Assembly: GCF_006345805.1 (NCBI RefSeq)
Contig: NC_043009.1
Location: forward strand, 47,988,001 to 48,052,000
DNA: 64,000 bases
Source: Octopus sinensis
Lineage: Eukaryota
Direction of reading: 5' to 3'
Part shown: positions 62,092 through 64,000 of the stretch, piece after piece
Layout of the letters: each line of letters begins with the position of its first letter
Numbering within the stretch: the stretch's first letter is position 1
The notes under the pieces: model-generated
What the model saw: the letters and a program-made list of their open reading frames with translations, nothing else
Told to the model about the DNA's origin: nothing
The model's database searches: none
Translations under genes and position numbers: made by a program

Positions 62092-63378
62092 TCGGGAATC
62101 ACTGATATAGAGGGAAAAAACTGATATAGAGGGAAAATCCTTTAAAAAACTTGACCTAATTTAGTTAGGAACAATATAAATAAGCAAAGTCAAATTGTTT
62201 TCATCCTTTTTGGTTGCTGACTTTTGACTGGAAAGCATCTCTCTTCATCCTTCCCTTTTCTTTCCGTTGACGATGGAGAAACCACACCTTCATGCGTGGG
62301 ACAATGCATTATCTGTACTCTCTACTTGGCAATACAACTCTTACTATTTCTTTCTCTCTAGTAGTTACTCACATATGAAACTGGGCATAACGACAAATAA
62401 TGTGTACACAAACAAACAATTTGTTTACGTGACAGCTCGAAGAATTTTATATATTGTAACGATCATCGTTACAATATAGCCATCGTTAAAATCCTTTAGT
62501 CAGGGTTACCAATTTGCAACGATTATGAGTCGCAGATAAATGCATCAAATAAATAAGAGAAGAACACTGTTAATTGCTTATTGAGATGGCTATTTTATTA
62601 ATATGATTATTATGATGATCGTTACAATACATAAAATTCTTCGAGCTGTCACGTAAACAAATTGTTTGTTTGTGTACACATTATTTGTCGTTATGCCCAG
62701 TTTCATATGTGAGTAACTACTAGAGAGAAAGAAATAGAAAGAGTTGTATTGCCAAGTAGAGAGTACAGATAGGAGGAAGGAAGCACTCCGTCGGTTACGA
62801 CGACGAGGGTTCCGGTTGATCCGAATCAACGGAACAGCCTGCTCGTGAAATTAACGTGTAAGTGGCTGAGCACTCCACAGACACGTGTACCCTTAATGTA
62901 GTTCTCGGGGATATTCAGCGTGACACAGAGAGTGACAAGGCCGGCCCTTTGAAATACAAGGTACAACAGAAACAGGAAGTAAGAGTGAGAGAAAGTTGTA
63001 GTGAAAGAGTACAGCAGGGATCACCACCATCCCTGCCGGAGCCTCGTGGGACTTTAGGTGTTTTCGCTCAATAAACACTCACAACGCCCGGTCTGGGAAT
63101 CGAAATCGCGATCCTACAACCGCGAGTCCGCTGCCCTAACCACTGGGCCATTGCGCCTCCACAGAGAGTACAGATAATGCATAGTCCCACGCACGAAGGT
63201 GTGGGTTCTCCATCGTCAACGGAAAGAAAAGGGAAGGATGAAGAGAGATGCTTTCCGGTCAAAAGTCAGCAACCAAAAAGGATGAAAACAATTTGGCTTT
63301 GCCTATTTATATTGTTCCTAACTAAATTAGGTCAAGTTTTTTAAAGGATTTTCCCTCTATATCATGTATGACTCCCGA
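62092..63378. repeat. Long inverted repeat with ~390-bp arms and ~100-bp spacer; right arm interrupted by a SINE
   Basis: About 62092-62485 is the reverse complement of about 62585-63378 once the SINE at 62772-63162 and one TSD copy are removed. Confidence 0.88.
62772..63162 (-). mobile_element. tRNA-derived SINE, H2 + T1, with 14-bp TSD
   Basis: TSD AGAGAGTACAGATA at 62758-62771 and 63163-63176. Confidence 0.9.
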
Positions 63379-64000
63379 TTGATCAAGAGGTCCGATTATT
63401 CTCATAAATCTCTTAATGCAACAAGCTAGGACAATAGGCCGAGCACTTGTACGAAAGTGTGAACTCGATTTCGAAACTTGGCTTAGGTATTTGGATGCTG
63501 TTACACACACACACACACACATACACACGTGCAAGAATAGGATACAAAGGATGGCATAATTATACTTATTCCTAAAAATGATGGGATGGTCAAAGCTCTG
63601 GAATGCCTTTGATCATAAGCCTGCTTGCACGATAACAGTTTCCCTGGTGCCAAATAACACATTACAACCAGTTCTCTTGAAATCAATTTTTACATACACG
63701 TGTTTTTATAATAAAAAAAAAATCTTGGTCTCAAATTTCAGCACAAGGCCAGCAATTTTGAGGAAGGCAGAAAGTTGATTACATCGACCTCTGTGCTCAA
63801 CTGGCATTTATTTTATCGACCCCCAAAGAATGAAAGACAAAGTCAACCTTAGTGGAACTTGAACATAAAGACGGACGAAATTCCACCAAGTATTTTGCCC
63901 TGGCATACTAGCAATTCTGTCAGCTTGCTGCTTTACTGCTGACTTAAATATTGATTTCAAATTTTGGCACAAGGCCAACAATTTCGGGGAATGGAGTAAT

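Overview
AT-rich, repeat-saturated eukaryotic DNA. The SINE families and (TATG)n/(TA)n/(AAT)n arrays match my recollection of octopus-type (coleoid cephalopod) genomes. One intact protein-coding gene could be fully assembled by hand: a 7-coding-exon, minus-strand dihydrodiol dehydrogenase-like gene (DHDH; Gfo/Idh/MocA family) spanning 54744 to 37596. All junctions are GT-AG and phase-compatible, giving 1062 nt and 353 aa. The protein is unusual: the family EKP lysine is Ala, the active-site Asp is Asn, the conserved His is Arg, the NADP-binding Arg is Asp, and a C-terminal extension ends in a CaaX box (CTII). It may therefore be a prenylated pseudoenzyme. The rest is mostly mobile DNA: a complete non-autonomous LTR element (TSD, PBS, PPT) 2.5 kb upstream of the gene; Tc1/mariner, hAT, piggyBac-like, Ginger-like, Penelope, CR1 and Dong/R4 remnants; and dozens of tRNA-derived SINEs, including fixed-junction multimers and head/tail mosaics. 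Five separate long inverted-repeat structures occur, among them a near-perfect 159-bp palindrome of a CR1 3' end. Scattered exon-like minus-strand segments between about 36.4 kb and 14.6 kb may be a decayed second gene (low confidence). Most ORF-track entries are microsatellite or SINE artefacts. Repeat boundaries and identity figures were read by eye and are approximate unless a TSD is given.
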